From: Bdellovibrionales bacterium
Lineage (GTDB): Bacteria > Bdellovibrionota > Bdellovibrionia > Bdellovibrionales > UBA1609
NCBI GenBank assembly: GCA_027317865.1
Contig: DAHVQG010000001.1
Location: 64,001 to 128,000 of the forward strand
Direction of reading: 5' to 3'
DNA: 64,000 nucleotides
Numbering within the stretch: the first letter of the stretch is position 1; every line of letters begins with the position of its first letter. The translations under genes were made by a program, and so were the position numbers. Shown piece after piece: positions 1 to 9,974 of the stretch. The notes below the pieces were generated by a model that was given only the letters and a program-made list of their open reading frames with translations, did not search any database and was not told where the DNA came from.

Positions 1-651
1 AATAGAAAGACTTTTATGATCGTGATATTCCACTTCAGCTGCCGCCAAAGCGGTTTGCAAAGCCGGGCACCAATAAACCGGTTTGTTACCGCGAAAAACG
101 ACGCCATTTTTGTAAATACGCGCGAGCACACGAATTTCATTTGCTTCGTAGGAGGGTGACATCGTGAGATAAGGATTATCCCACTTTGCAAGTACGCCGA
201 GACGGACGAACTGTTCGCGCTGTTTATTGATCCACTTAGTTGCTTCTTCGCGGCACAAATCGCGGATTTGTTTTTTGGTTAAAGAGTTTTTTTTCTCACC
301 CAGTTGAGATGTGACTTTGAGCTCGATCGGTAGACCGTGGCAATCCCATCCCGGAATAAATTCGGCTTTGTACCCCTGCATGTTGCGAAATTTGATGACG
401 ATATCTTTGAGGACCTTATTCAGTGCCGTGCCGACGTGAACGTTACCATTGGCATAAGGAGGGCCATCCGGCATGACGAACGCGCGGCCGTTGGAATTCT
501 TAGACATGATTTTTTCGTACAGCTTTGACGATCGCCATTTTTCAATAGCAATAGGCTCGGTTTGCGGCAAATTTGCCTTCATCGGAAAGGCCGTTTTCGG
601 CAATATCACAGTATGTTTATAGCCTTCGCTTTTCTGCTCGCCCGAATTCAT
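1..651 (-). CDS. ileS: Isoleucine--tRNA ligase (type 1), N-terminal part; runs off the window edge
   Basis: Manual translation from ATG 651 gives MNSGEQKSEGYKHTVILPKTAFPMKANLP...DGPPYANGNVHVGTALNKVLKD...PGWDCHGLPIE, the IleRS N-terminal and HIGH-region motifs. Absent from the ORF track because it is truncated. Confidence 0.96.
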   Translation of the reverse strand, partial: MNSGEQKSEGYKHTVILPKTAFPMKANLPQTEPIAIEKWRSSKLYEKIMSKNSNGRAFVMPDGPPYANGNVHVGTALNKVLKDIVIKFRNMQGYKAEFIPGWDCHGLPIELKVTSQLGEKKNSLTKKQIRDLCREEATKWINKQREQFVRLGVLAKWDNPYLTMSPSYEANEIRVLARIYKNGVVFRGNKPVYWCPALQTALAAAEVEYHDHKSLSI

Positions 652-1172
652 TTTAACCTCTCGCCCATTTTTTCAATAAATTGCTGTCGCGAGTTTGTCT
701 GCGGGAACATTTCACACACCCGTTCATAGCCGACAGCCACAAGTAAGCGCAGGGCTTCGCGTTCTGAACCTAAATTACATAGCGCTTGAACTTTGCGCAG
801 AACCTCAATTGTACGTATGTCCAACGAATTAAAATTTTCTTGCGCGCTGCTTGGTACAAGCGGTTGTTGCAACGGCGGCGCGATGGGCATTGGTGCACGG
901 GCCATCGGAGCTGGCGCGGTGGGGCTTTCAAATTGCTTCATCCCTTCAGCTAAGGCGCGCAGGTCTTGTTTGAATGCTTCGGAACTTGTCTCGGTCATAG
1001 TTGGCATCGTGCCACCGTTACGGCGCCTTGCTTGCAAATAGAGGGCGACAAGGCTATCTGAATTCGTCGCTAATTCGCGCACGGATTGCGGTTGCGACCG
1101 CATCCACTCGTAGGCTGCGGCGAGCATGTCGCGAGTGTATGCTTGCGGAGGGGGTAGCGGTACTGTTGCCAT
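648..1172 (-). CDS. Hypothetical protein, translationally coupled to ileS
   Basis: 174-aa ORF whose TGA overlaps the ileS ATG (ATGA); helical ends with a Pro-rich linker. Confidence 0.7.
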   Translation of the reverse strand: MATVPLPPPQAYTRDMLAAAYEWMRSQPQSVRELATNSDSLVALYLQARRRNGGTMPTMTETSSEAFKQDLRALAEGMKQFESPTAPAPMARAPMPIAPPLQQPLVPSSAQENFNSLDIRTIEVLRKVQALCNLGSEREALRLLVAVGYERVCEMFPQTNSRQQFIEKMGERLK

Positions 1173-1232
1173 TGGCGAACTAAGCTAGGCTCTGTACAGT
1201 AAATAGGCAAGATTTTAATCGGCGCAAATAAA

Positions 1233-2720
1233 TTATTCGGCCGTTTCCGCGTAATCCTTCGCTACAATTCCATATTTTTCAATTTTTCTAAGCAGCGTTT
1301 TTTTCGGGATATTTGCGTGAAGCGCTGTCTGGTTGATGCGCCCCTTGAACATTTTCAAGGCTTTGATAATGAACTCGCGCTCAAACGCCTCCTTATGCTT
1401 GTTAAAATCTAAACTTTCACCTGAAATCGTCACAATTTCATCGCTGCGATTTTCGTTTGTTTCGTTTTCTTGCAGATCGTCCGCGTCTGGTTCGCCGGGT
1501 TCGTCAAAATTGTTGACATTCAGATTTGGCGCATTCAGCTCGACACCTGTTGCAAGCAAAAATGATTCCGGTAGCGATTGAACGGTCAAATGCGTGCCTT
1601 CTTCGAGAATAAATGCGTGTTCAATCACGTTTTCTAGCTCCCGAATGTTGCCCGGCCAGTCGTATTTTTTAAGTAGCGCCAGCGCTTCGGGGGTCGGCCC
1701 GATAATTTTTTTGCCCTGTTTTCTATTGAACTTTTGGATGAAATTTTTAACAAGCTGTTCGATGTCATCGCGCCGCTCAGAGAGTGAGGGTAAAAATATC
1801 GGCATGACATTGAGACGGTAATACAAATCTTCGCGAAACTTACCGTCTTTGTTCATCTGTTCGAGAGGCCGGTTGGTGGCGGCAATGATACGTACATTGG
1901 CTTCAATTTCGCGGTTTGACCCGACCGGGGTAAACACTTTTTCTTGAAGAACGCGCAAAAGTTTAACTTGCATCATAAGCGGCAAGTCACCAACTTCGTC
2001 TAAGAACAAAGTACCGCCTTCGGCATATTGAAATTTTCCGATTTTACGCTGATCAGCTCCCGTGAACGCGCCTTTTTCGTGGCCGAAAAGTTCTGATTCA
2101 AAAAGATTTTCTGGTATCGCCGAGCAGTTCAGTGCCACAAAGGGGCCCTCTTTCTGCGCGGAATTGACGTGAATGGCGCGGGCGACGAGTTCTTTACCGG
2201 TACCCGAAGCGCCTCGAATAAGAACGGGTGTGTCCACTTTCGAAAGCCGATGGATGACGTTAAACACTTTGCGCATTTGTGTATTGGAGCCGATGATTTT
2301 TCGGCCTTGTTCAGCCGAAAGTTGCGGCGCCGAGGCGACAACTTCTGAAACTAAATTGTACGCGGCAAGTGACTTGTTCACGAGATCGACGAGCTCTTCG
2401 CTTTTCACCGGCTTTGAAATGTAATTGTAGGCTCCTTCTTTGACTGCGCAAACCGCATCATTGATATTTGCGTACGCGGTCATGATGAGCACGATCATGG
2501 AGGGGTCAATTTCTTTAATTGCGCTAAGGGTTTTGAGGCCGTTGAGCCGCGGCATATCGACGTCTAAAATCACAAGATTATATGAGCCGGCTTTAATTTT
2601 ATCGAGAGCGTTAATGCCGTCAAACGCCTCGTCGGCGAGAAATTTACCGGTCGACTCCAACGTGTTTTTCACCGAGAGTCTTAAGCCTTGGTCGTCGTCG
2701 CAAACAAGAACTTTGATCAT
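1233..2720 (-). CDS. Sigma54-dependent response regulator (NtrC/AtoC family: REC + AAA+ + Fis HTH)
   Basis: REC domain (CDDD...LDVDMP...KP), Walker [15 protein letters not shown] loop, [17 protein letters not shown]-terminal HTH. Confidence 0.96.
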   Translation of the reverse strand: MIKVLVCDDDQGLRLSVKNTLESTGKFLADEAFDGINALDKIKAGSYNLVILDVDMPRLNGLKTLSAIKEIDPSMIVLIMTAYANINDAVCAVKEGAYNYISKPVKSEELVDLVNKSLAAYNLVSEVVASAPQLSAEQGRKIIGSNTQMRKVFNVIHRLSKVDTPVLIRGASGTGKELVARAIHVNSAQKEGPFVALNCSAIPENLFESELFGHEKGAFTGADQRKIGKFQYAEGGTLFLDEVGDLPLMMQVKLLRVLQEKVFTPVGSNREIEANVRIIAATNRPLEQMNKDGKFREDLYYRLNVMPIFLPSLSERRDDIEQLVKNFIQKFNRKQGKKIIGPTPEALALLKKYDWPGNIRELENVIEHAFILEEGTHLTVQSLPESFLLATGVELNAPNLNVNNFDEPGEPDADDLQENETNENRSDEIVTISGESLDFNKHKEAFEREFIIKALKMFKGRINQTALHANIPKKTLLRKIEKYGIVAKDYAETAE

Positions 2721-2738
2721 GTTTCAGCTCCTTTAAAT

Positions 2739-4583
2739 TTACAAATCCATCGGGAGTTCGACGGTAAACGTCGAACCCTTCGTCGGTTCACTTTCAACCG
2801 AAATTTGACCGTGATGCAGCTGCACGAAGTAGCGCGCAAGATAAAGGCCGAGACCGTTACCTTTAATCGCGCCGTCGCGAACCGAGCGGCTGCGGTAAAA
2901 TTTCGTAAATAAATTTTCGAGTTCATCGTTGGGAATACCCATCCCCTGATCCGCCACTTGTACCATGAGACGCCCTTCGGTTTCTTCGGTTGTCACAAGT
3001 ACCGAGCTGCCTTCCGGACTGTATTTCACAGCGTTTTCAATAAGATTTGAAAACACTTGGCGCATCAAATCTTCGTCGATTTTAACGCTAAATAACGGTT
3101 CAAATTCGGTGACGATACGAATGCTTTTCTGTTTAGCGTAGTAATCCAGTTTTTGGATGGTTTCGGTGAGCAGCGCGTTTACGTCGCGGGACTTGAGCTG
3201 CAATTTAATATCCTTACTTTCGATACGGCCAAGATTGAGGATCGAGCCGACAAATTGGGTGAGCTCTTGCGACGATTCGCTAATCGTTTTTATGGCGTCT
3301 TGCTGTTGTGCGGTTAGGTGTGATGAATCGCGAAGTGCGATTTCGGTCATGCCTTGAATCCTCGCTAGAGGAGTTTTCAGGTCATGAGACATCAGTCGTA
3401 AAAAATTAGATTTGAGTTCCTCAACTTGTACAAGAAGGTTGTTGCGCTGAAAATATTCCCACGAACGGCGATTTTCGACAATCAACCGGTAAGGGATAAA
3501 AAAGTAATAACAAATAAAAACTGTAAGAAGCGGGTGTGAAACATCGATCCAAATGCCGGCGGCGGCGAACAATAACCAAGCGACAAAGAGAAACCCCGTC
3601 AAAGTAAGAACTAAAATATAAAGTCCGCGCACCGGTCGCAACGCAAGAACGATAAACACGGTGATAATGGCGATGAGGCACGTGATCATGAGATTAAGCC
3701 ATTTCGGAACTTGCACAGGAGCGTCGTTTAAAATTAGCGTATCAATCATGTTGGCTTGCAGTTCAGCTGTCGACATGGCCAGCTGATCGCGCGAATATGG
3801 GGTCATCGCGTAATCGTTTTCATTGGCCTTGTTGTCGATGCCGACGATGACAATTTTACCGCGAAATTTTTTAGGTGAAATATAACCTTGTTCGACGTCA
3901 ACAAAACTGTAATTCGGGTAGGTGCCGGTCGGTCGAAAGTTAATGTATGCTTGCTGAGTTCGTTTAAACGTGAAAACTCCACGATAATCTTTGACGCTCT
4001 TTTTGCCATTGATTTCGTCGGCAAGTTGCATCTGCGCAAGCGGCTTACCTTCGAAAGTTAAAATTACCCGCCGAGAAACGCCGTCTCGGGCAAAATTATA
4101 AACGTCAGCAGTTGTGGGGCCCGATTTGACGTCGAGATCTTGCAGCGGCGGGAGCAAACGAAATTCATCTTCGACGCCTTTGTCGGGGAGCGCGTTAGTT
4201 TTAAGAATGAGCAGATTGGCCCGTTTGGCCGCGCTCGCGAGCCTTTGAAGTTGCCCGTAAGATCCCATGATGTTGTTGAAATTATTCGTGTATAGAACGC
4301 GACGGGGCTTCGTTTGCGCAAGCCAGTTAAACAGTTTAACAAAATCATTCGCGTCGGGGAGCCGTTGCAACTCCTCTTGAGTTTTTTGATCGACGGTAAC
4401 CAACACGATGTTACCGGATGTGGCCGGGGCCGGCCGCGTTCTCACGCGCATGTCGTAAAAGAAACCTTCGAAATAGCTCAATCGAAACTGAAAAATAAGT
4501 ACGGCAAGGGCAATCGCCAGCCCGACTCTCAGGGCGGCAAATAGCCAACGCCGTTTTGATTTTTTATTTTTCTCAGTTTTCAT
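2739..4583 (-). CDS. CHASE2-domain membrane sensor histidine kinase
   Basis: N-terminal TM, extracytoplasmic CHASE2-like domain (IVLVTVD, DGVSRR, GKIVIVG, ELQANMIDTL), three TMs, H-box SHDLKTPL, N-box NLIENAVKYS, DQGMGI, GNGLGL. Confidence 0.92.
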   Translation of the reverse strand: MKTEKNKKSKRRWLFAALRVGLAIALAVLIFQFRLSYFEGFFYDMRVRTRPAPATSGNIVLVTVDQKTQEELQRLPDANDFVKLFNWLAQTKPRRVLYTNNFNNIMGSYGQLQRLASAAKRANLLILKTNALPDKGVEDEFRLLPPLQDLDVKSGPTTADVYNFARDGVSRRVILTFEGKPLAQMQLADEINGKKSVKDYRGVFTFKRTQQAYINFRPTGTYPNYSFVDVEQGYISPKKFRGKIVIVGIDNKANENDYAMTPYSRDQLAMSTAELQANMIDTLILNDAPVQVPKWLNLMITCLIAIITVFIVLALRPVRGLYILVLTLTGFLFVAWLLFAAAGIWIDVSHPLLTVFICYYFFIPYRLIVENRRSWEYFQRNNLLVQVEELKSNFLRLMSHDLKTPLARIQGMTEIALRDSSHLTAQQQDAIKTISESSQELTQFVGSILNLGRIESKDIKLQLKSRDVNALLTETIQKLDYYAKQKSIRIVTEFEPLFSVKIDEDLMRQVFSNLIENAVKYSPEGSSVLVTTEETEGRLMVQVADQGMGIPNDELENLFTKFYRSRSVRDGAIKGNGLGLYLARYFVQLHHGQISVESEPTKGSTFTVELPMDL

Positions 4584-4616
4584 GAGTCGAAATCTTTCGC
4601 GTTATTTGCAGTCGTA

Positions 4617-4736
4617 TTAAACCCAACTGCGTTCGGGGCAACCATTGGCGGCGCTTTTGCCTTCACGGGCAAGAGTCTCGCGTGTTTTATTGCCCGAAAC
4701 ATTCTTTGGTTTGCGGACTTTTTTAATGTGTTTCAT
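4617..4736 (-). CDS. Putative RiPP precursor peptide, 39 aa (MKHIKKVRKPKNVSGNKTRETLAREGKSAANGCPERSWV)
   Basis: ATG at 4736 is preceded by AAAAGGAG-TTTAC and overlaps the radical SAM 3' end. Basic leader and single-Cys core; the MKHIK start resembles SCIFF/ranthipeptide leaders. Confidence 0.7.
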   Translation of the reverse strand: MKHIKKVRKPKNVSGNKTRETLAREGKSAANGCPERSWV

Positions 4737-6057
4737 GTAAACTCCTTTTGTAGTACCAAATCGCGAGCGCCGCGATCTGGCGGGTTCGATGACAAAAATT
4801 TGGATCTTTTTCGTGACGGTTACCTGAAAATGATTTGTGTACAGCCATGCAACCCCCGCCGCATAAATGGCGTGCCCAGCAAGTTTGGCAGTGATTGAGT
4901 TCGATGAGCGTTGAGCCATAATGTTCAAGGTGCGGTTTTGACAAATCGGTGAGATGGCCGATTTTTTCGGTTTCGTCGTTCATAAACCAATTGCAAACAT
5001 AAAGGTCAGCGCGAGTATCGGATTGAATAAGCGATTTGCCCGCTCCGCAGTAATTATGCTGGCGCGTTTGACTCTCCAATCTCGTCAGCGGCCGTCTAAA
5101 CTGTTTGATTTTTACAAGCCCTGATAGCCCGTCGCGCGCGTAGAGCTTCGCGGCCGTTTTTTTCAATTCTTCAAGATAGCGGTTCGAAATTTCAAAGGCT
5201 GTTTCGGAGCGGTCGTTGTTTGAAAAGTTAAAATTATAGCGGTCAAAATCAAGATGAAGCGATTCGAGATAATCAAACGCCCGCTCGACTCGCGTATTGT
5301 GGGCGCCAAAAACGCAATTGACCGCGAGCGTACCAAGTTGATTCCGTACGGCACGTAGTTGTTCGAGTCCGCGAACGGTGAGCTCAGTTGAGCCATAACC
5401 GTTTTTTGCCTTTACCGGGCGGGTGAAGTCGTTTACTTCAGGTTCACCGTCAATGCTAACTGTGACGTGAAATCGATACCGCGCTAACATCTCCGCCGAT
5501 TCGCGTGTAATGAGGGTCCCATTGGTATTAATGGCAAAATGCAAATCAATGTCTCTTCCGCTTACCATCAATTGAGCGTAGCGGCACAGCGACTCAATGA
5601 CGTGCGGATAGAGCAGAGGTTCGCCTCCACAAAACTCAATTTCAAACGATTTGCTATCTTTGAGATTGGACAAAAAATACGAGATTTGTTGTTCGGCCTT
5701 ATGCGTGTCGATCTTTGTGATTTTAGAACCGTAAGTTCCGGCAGTTTCGTTCTTGCCATCAAAGTCGACGGCTGCGCAATAGGTACATTTTAAATTGCAT
5801 ATTTGCGCCACGTTAAGAAGCAGCGTACTTATTTCTCGCGACGAAGCGATGTCGGTTGTATCCGGAGAATTTTCTTTGTGCCACACCTCGAGTTCAGCCC
5901 TGATTTCGCTGTCTTTTTGAAGCGTGATTTCGTTTTCAAGCGCCTGCCAAACTTTTTCACTCAGTTCGGCAACTTCTAAGTTGCGCGCATGAAAACCCAA
6001 TACTTCGCCGTTTTCAGCGCGTGTTGCGAGAATGTCTTTGTAGCGGCGAAATTGCAT
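4723..6057 (-). CDS. Radical SAM/SPASM peptide maturase (SCIFF/QhpD/anSME-like) with probable N-terminal RRE
   Basis: CNLKCTYC motif, FCGGEPLL, TNGTL, VSIDG; SPASM CGAG...LYVC and CQTCWARHLCGGGC...C. Start moved to ATG 6057 (GAGGG RBS). Confidence 0.93.
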   Translation of the reverse strand: MQFRRYKDILATRAENGEVLGFHARNLEVAELSEKVWQALENEITLQKDSEIRAELEVWHKENSPDTTDIASSREISTLLLNVAQICNLKCTYCAAVDFDGKNETAGTYGSKITKIDTHKAEQQISYFLSNLKDSKSFEIEFCGGEPLLYPHVIESLCRYAQLMVSGRDIDLHFAINTNGTLITRESAEMLARYRFHVTVSIDGEPEVNDFTRPVKAKNGYGSTELTVRGLEQLRAVRNQLGTLAVNCVFGAHNTRVERAFDYLESLHLDFDRYNFNFSNNDRSETAFEISNRYLEELKKTAAKLYARDGLSGLVKIKQFRRPLTRLESQTRQHNYCGAGKSLIQSDTRADLYVCNWFMNDETEKIGHLTDLSKPHLEHYGSTLIELNHCQTCWARHLCGGGCMAVHKSFSGNRHEKDPNFCHRTRQIAALAIWYYKRSLHETH

Positions 6058-6236
6058 TTTCTTACCCTCTACGTGCAAAAAACAGCGTTGAAAATTCAAG
6101 GTGGTGTCAAACCCGTGTATCTAAGAGCAAATCACTTGCCAGGCTTAAACCCGCAAAATAAGGGGCTTAGGCGACAATAAGTGTCACTTTGACACCAGAT
6201 TGTCAATCCACAGGAGTAACTGCAGAGCACAGGCCT

Positions 6237-7130
6237 TTAAAGTTTTTGATAAATGAGTACGAATTCAGATGTCGTGGTAGGAGCGTCAACCGGCACTGTT
6301 TTGATGTCAAAGGTCAACGTGTCGTTGTTGGGTTGCCGCGCAGTTAGCGTTGTATTTTCAAGTGTTGTACCGTTTAGCCAAACGAAATGGAGGTGACTGT
6401 TTTGGTTGGCCGGAGGTTTCGCAACAGGCGCAGTGGTTTGCGGCATTGGCCCCACAAAATCGGCGCTGGCGGCTGAAATTTGAGGCTGTGGTTTTTGAGC
6501 TTTCGGTTTCGACATGAGCCACGCGAGTGGGTTAAATGCCGTTGGCGTTACCGTTGAAAGATCGTACTCACCCTCAGGAGTTCGAAAATCAGACATGGGT
6601 ATAAGACGGTCGGGTTTGAGATAAAAGTTATAAACGACTTGTGCATCGGGTATGGCGGCGTTTTTAATAAATCCTTTGTTACCTTCAAACAGTCGCGGAA
6701 TAACAAGGCTTGAAGTCATGTTTTCTTCGGCAATATTGATGGGACTCGTATACTCAGTCACGACACTTTCGGGTTCACTGATTTCGGGGAGTGTATCTGT
6801 AAAGAGCACCTCAACGCTGTCGGTAATGTCTGTGACATGAGTCAAAATTTTAGTGAGCGCATATTTGCCGCTACCAAATGTTTTTTTAAAATTGAGATTT
6901 TTCCAAGCAAGCGCCGGCGAGTTGCCCGCCGCTTTTTTAATTTCGCGCTGAATGTCTTTGTGGCTCGCAAAACCACTGTTATCTACATTGCCGATGAGAG
7001 AGAGATCTTCAACATTGATATCGTCGGCTTTAGCCTTGGCGGTCAATAAAATGTTGGTTGCGCCAATAATGGCCAGCGCTGTAATAGCCGTGGCAATCAG
7101 ATTCGAATTTCGTTGTGTAAATCGCTTCAT
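6237..7130 (-). CDS. Secreted hypothetical protein
   Basis: Signal peptide ending AKA-DD; 297 aa; no family recognised. Confidence 0.75.
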   Translation of the reverse strand: MKRFTQRNSNLIATAITALAIIGATNILLTAKAKADDINVEDLSLIGNVDNSGFASHKDIQREIKKAAGNSPALAWKNLNFKKTFGSGKYALTKILTHVTDITDSVEVLFTDTLPEISEPESVVTEYTSPINIAEENMTSSLVIPRLFEGNKGFIKNAAIPDAQVVYNFYLKPDRLIPMSDFRTPEGEYDLSTVTPTAFNPLAWLMSKPKAQKPQPQISAASADFVGPMPQTTAPVAKPPANQNSHLHFVWLNGTTLENTTLTARQPNNDTLTFDIKTVPVDAPTTTSEFVLIYQKL

Positions 7131-7145
7131 AACCTTTTGAAATGT

Positions 7146-7162
7146 ATCAAGAGCCGTGCCAA
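7146..7162 (-). promoter_or_regulatory. Putative sigma54 (-24/-12) promoter for 6237..7130
   Basis: TTGGCACGGCTCTTGAT on the minus strand; one mismatch to TGGCAC-N5-TTGC. Confidence 0.6.
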
Positions 7163-7309
7163 CTCTTGCCGCACAAGTTTTTGAAAATCCAACAAGGTTC
7201 GAATAGTTAGAACAGTGTCGCGGGCTAAAATGATGAAAGTTGAACAGGGTTTTGAAATCACTTCAGAGCCAAAAAACGACGCCGTTGCGCCGCATTTCAG
7301 CGCTATTGG

Positions 7310-9667
7310 CTACTTTATCCGAATAAGTGTTGTGTTTTGGGCGGTTTCAAACGGGTAAGCGGTCGGAACTTGTTTTCTAAGTTGCGCAGCCGTGTAAGTG
7401 AACTTTTCGACTCCTTTGGGCCACGCAAAATCGTCTTTCGGAAAGCGCTTGCAGTAGTCGCGCATGAAACTGAGCCACAATGGCAAGGCTCCGCTTGCTC
7501 CGGTAAGCATTGAAGGAGTGTTATCGTCGTAGCCTGTCCACGTAACAGTGAGCACGTGTGGAGTAAACCCAACGAACCACGCGTCGCGCGTGTCGCTTGT
7601 TGTTCCGGTTTTACCGGCCGCTGGCCAATCGAAACCTTCGAGGGTCGCGCGCCTGGCCGTTCCGGTCAACAAAGTTTGTTTCATCATGCCGATTAAAACA
7701 GCCACTGTTTGCGGCGAAAACGCACGCACGTCTTTGGGGTGAGCCACATAAATTTCTTGCCCGTCCGGGTCCGTCACGCGCAGGACATACTGCAGCGGCC
7801 GCATGAGTCCGAAGCGGGCAACGGTAAGCGCGCCAGTTGCGACTTCCCACGGGTAAAGCTCAAATGCTCCAAGAGTGAGAGACGGTAGGGGTTCTATATT
7901 TGACTGCGTAATGCCGGCGCGACGGGCGACGTCGACAATGTTGGTTAACCCAACCTGTATGCCCATCCTTGCCGTTGCATCGTTGAGGGAATCTTTGAGC
8001 GCATAAAAAAGCGGCACCTCGCCATGATAAGTTCGCGTATAGTCGCGTGGCGACCACTCTTGACCTTGATAATGGTAAACAAACGGTTCGTCTTTTATAA
8101 GTGAAGTTGCTGTATAAGGTTTGCCGTTGGGTTGATTGCCTTCGAGCGCGGCTAAATAGTCAAATATCTTCATGACGGAGCCGACTTGCCTATGGGCATC
8201 GAGCACGCGGTTATATTGCGTATTTTCAAAATGGCGGCCACCGACCAGCGCTAAAACATCGCCGGTGTCGACATCGACTGAAATTAACGAAGCTTCTAAT
8301 TTTTCGCCTTTGGCCTTGAGTTTTGTAATGTACGGGTCATCCTGCTCAAGTTTGCGCACGTGCTCGAGCACCTTTTTTTCGGCGCTTTCTTGGGCGCCCA
8401 CGTCGAGTGAAGTGTAAACGTTAAGTCCGTTTTCAGTGCTGATATTCAGTCGTTTTAGCTCGCGAAAAATCGCCTGCGTATAGTAGGGTGCCGGGTCATG
8501 AAGCGATTCTTCGGACTGCGTTGGGAGCGGGGTCGAGTTCGCCCAATCCGCATCTTGCTGCGAAATCATTTTGTCAGATACCATAGCCTTGAGAACAAGC
8601 GACCGCCGCTCGCGCGCATGATTAGGGTGCGTGAACGGATCAAAGTAACCTGGGTTATTAATGATTGCCGCAAGCAGGGCACATTTTGGCAAATCGATCG
8701 AGTTCAATTTTTCGTTGAAATAGTGGCGGCTGGCCGCGCCGAATCCGATCACTTGAAACGGTCCGCTTTGGCCCATGTAAATGACGTTGAGATAATTTTC
8801 GAGGATTTGATCTTTGCGTAAACTCGCGTCGAGTAGCATCGCCATAACGACTTCAGTGATTTTACGGCGCAGGGTTTTTTGCGGAGTTAAAAAATAATTT
8901 TTCACAAGTTGTTGGGTAATGGTGCTGCCGCCTTCCGCATAGCGACCTTTTAAAACGTCGTTTACCAATGCACGAAGAATGCCCTTAAAGCTGATCCCCG
9001 GGTTTTCAAGAAAAGTACGGTCTTCTATCGCTGTGACGGCCTCCGAGCAATCGAGCGGGACATCGCCCATATCTATGATTTGCCGCAAAATAGGTTTGCC
9101 GTTGTAGAACTGCGCAAAAAGTTCCGGTTCCAGTTGAACCGATTTGACTTCCGTAAATGGTTCACCGCCGAAAATGTGTGAGATTGTCCAACTCCCGTCG
9201 CCTTGCTGGCCCTGAATCGGCGCAGACGGCGCTTCTCCGTGAGAAAACGCAATCAAAACGGGCGTGCCGGCTTCTGACGGTTTAATTGTGTCGTCGCCTT
9301 CGCGAAATTCCACGCATGCATCCAGACCGCTCATAAAATCGTCGTTTAAAATTTTGGCGCATTGATCGTGGTTGAGCATGATGAAATCTTTCGGGTAAAG
9401 CGACTCCGAACCAAACCGTTCACGGTAGTGCCGTTGCAGAAGGGATTTTCGAACCGTGCTTGCTGAAATGATTTCGTGAGTAAATAAAACTTCGCCGCGC
9501 GCGTAGAGGTTGACCGGCGGGCGAAACCAACCGTGGGCGATTCGTTTTTTCATTTCGATGTCGAGGCGCCACGCCCAAATCGCGACGGCAACAGCGCCAA
9601 GAAAAGTAAAAACAAATATTCGGCCGAGCCACTTTCGCCATTTATGCGACTTCATCTTGCTTGACAT
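7310..9667 (-). CDS. mrcB: Class A penicillin-binding protein 1B (transglycosylase/transpeptidase)
   Basis: EDRTF, GGSTITQQLVKN, RKITE, YLN glycosyltransferase motifs; SVMK, SLN, KTGT transpeptidase motifs; UB2H-like insert. Confidence 0.92.
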   Translation of the reverse strand: MSSKMKSHKWRKWLGRIFVFTFLGAVAVAIWAWRLDIEMKKRIAHGWFRPPVNLYARGEVLFTHEIISASTVRKSLLQRHYRERFGSESLYPKDFIMLNHDQCAKILNDDFMSGLDACVEFREGDDTIKPSEAGTPVLIAFSHGEAPSAPIQGQQGDGSWTISHIFGGEPFTEVKSVQLEPELFAQFYNGKPILRQIIDMGDVPLDCSEAVTAIEDRTFLENPGISFKGILRALVNDVLKGRYAEGGSTITQQLVKNYFLTPQKTLRRKITEVVMAMLLDASLRKDQILENYLNVIYMGQSGPFQVIGFGAASRHYFNEKLNSIDLPKCALLAAIINNPGYFDPFTHPNHARERRSLVLKAMVSDKMISQQDADWANSTPLPTQSEESLHDPAPYYTQAIFRELKRLNISTENGLNVYTSLDVGAQESAEKKVLEHVRKLEQDDPYITKLKAKGEKLEASLISVDVDTGDVLALVGGRHFENTQYNRVLDAHRQVGSVMKIFDYLAALEGNQPNGKPYTATSLIKDEPFVYHYQGQEWSPRDYTRTYHGEVPLFYALKDSLNDATARMGIQVGLTNIVDVARRAGITQSNIEPLPSLTLGAFELYPWEVATGALTVARFGLMRPLQYVLRVTDPDGQEIYVAHPKDVRAFSPQTVAVLIGMMKQTLLTGTARRATLEGFDWPAAGKTGTTSDTRDAWFVGFTPHVLTVTWTGYDDNTPSMLTGASGALPLWLSFMRDYCKRFPKDDFAWPKGVEKFTYTAAQLRKQVPTAYPFETAQNTTLIRIK

Positions 9668-9695
9668 TATGGGGCATCGGGAATTTAGTCAAAGA

Positions 9696-9974
9696 ATGAA
9701 GGTCAGCGAAAAATTCATCGAGCGCCTCGTACATCAAGTGTTTAAAGACCTTAAAGCGCAGGACATTATTACGTTTAAAGATAAGGAAGACCGCGTGTTT
9801 CGTCGCGCGTGCGACATTCTTGTTCAAGAGTATCAACGCGAATCCGATCTTGACCATGAGGTCAACCGCATGATGGATGATCTCGAACGTCAAAACCCGG
9901 GCCAATTTCAACGCTACAAAATGTTCCCGCTCCTGAAGAAAAAGTTAGCTAAAGAAAAGGGAATTGTTCTGTGA
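9696..9974 (+). CDS. DUF507-like protein
   Basis: MKVSEKFIERLVHQV...KKKLAKEKGIVL; start moved to ATG 9696. Confidence 0.75.
   Translation: MKVSEKFIERLVHQVFKDLKAQDIITFKDKEDRVFRRACDILVQEYQRESDLDHEVNRMMDDLERQNPGQFQRYKMFPLLKKKLAKEKGIVL

Noticed and set aside
4737-4928. N-terminal 64 aa of the 103-aa ORF 4617..4928
   Set aside because: Lies out of frame inside the rSAM gene; the RBS supports a start at 4736
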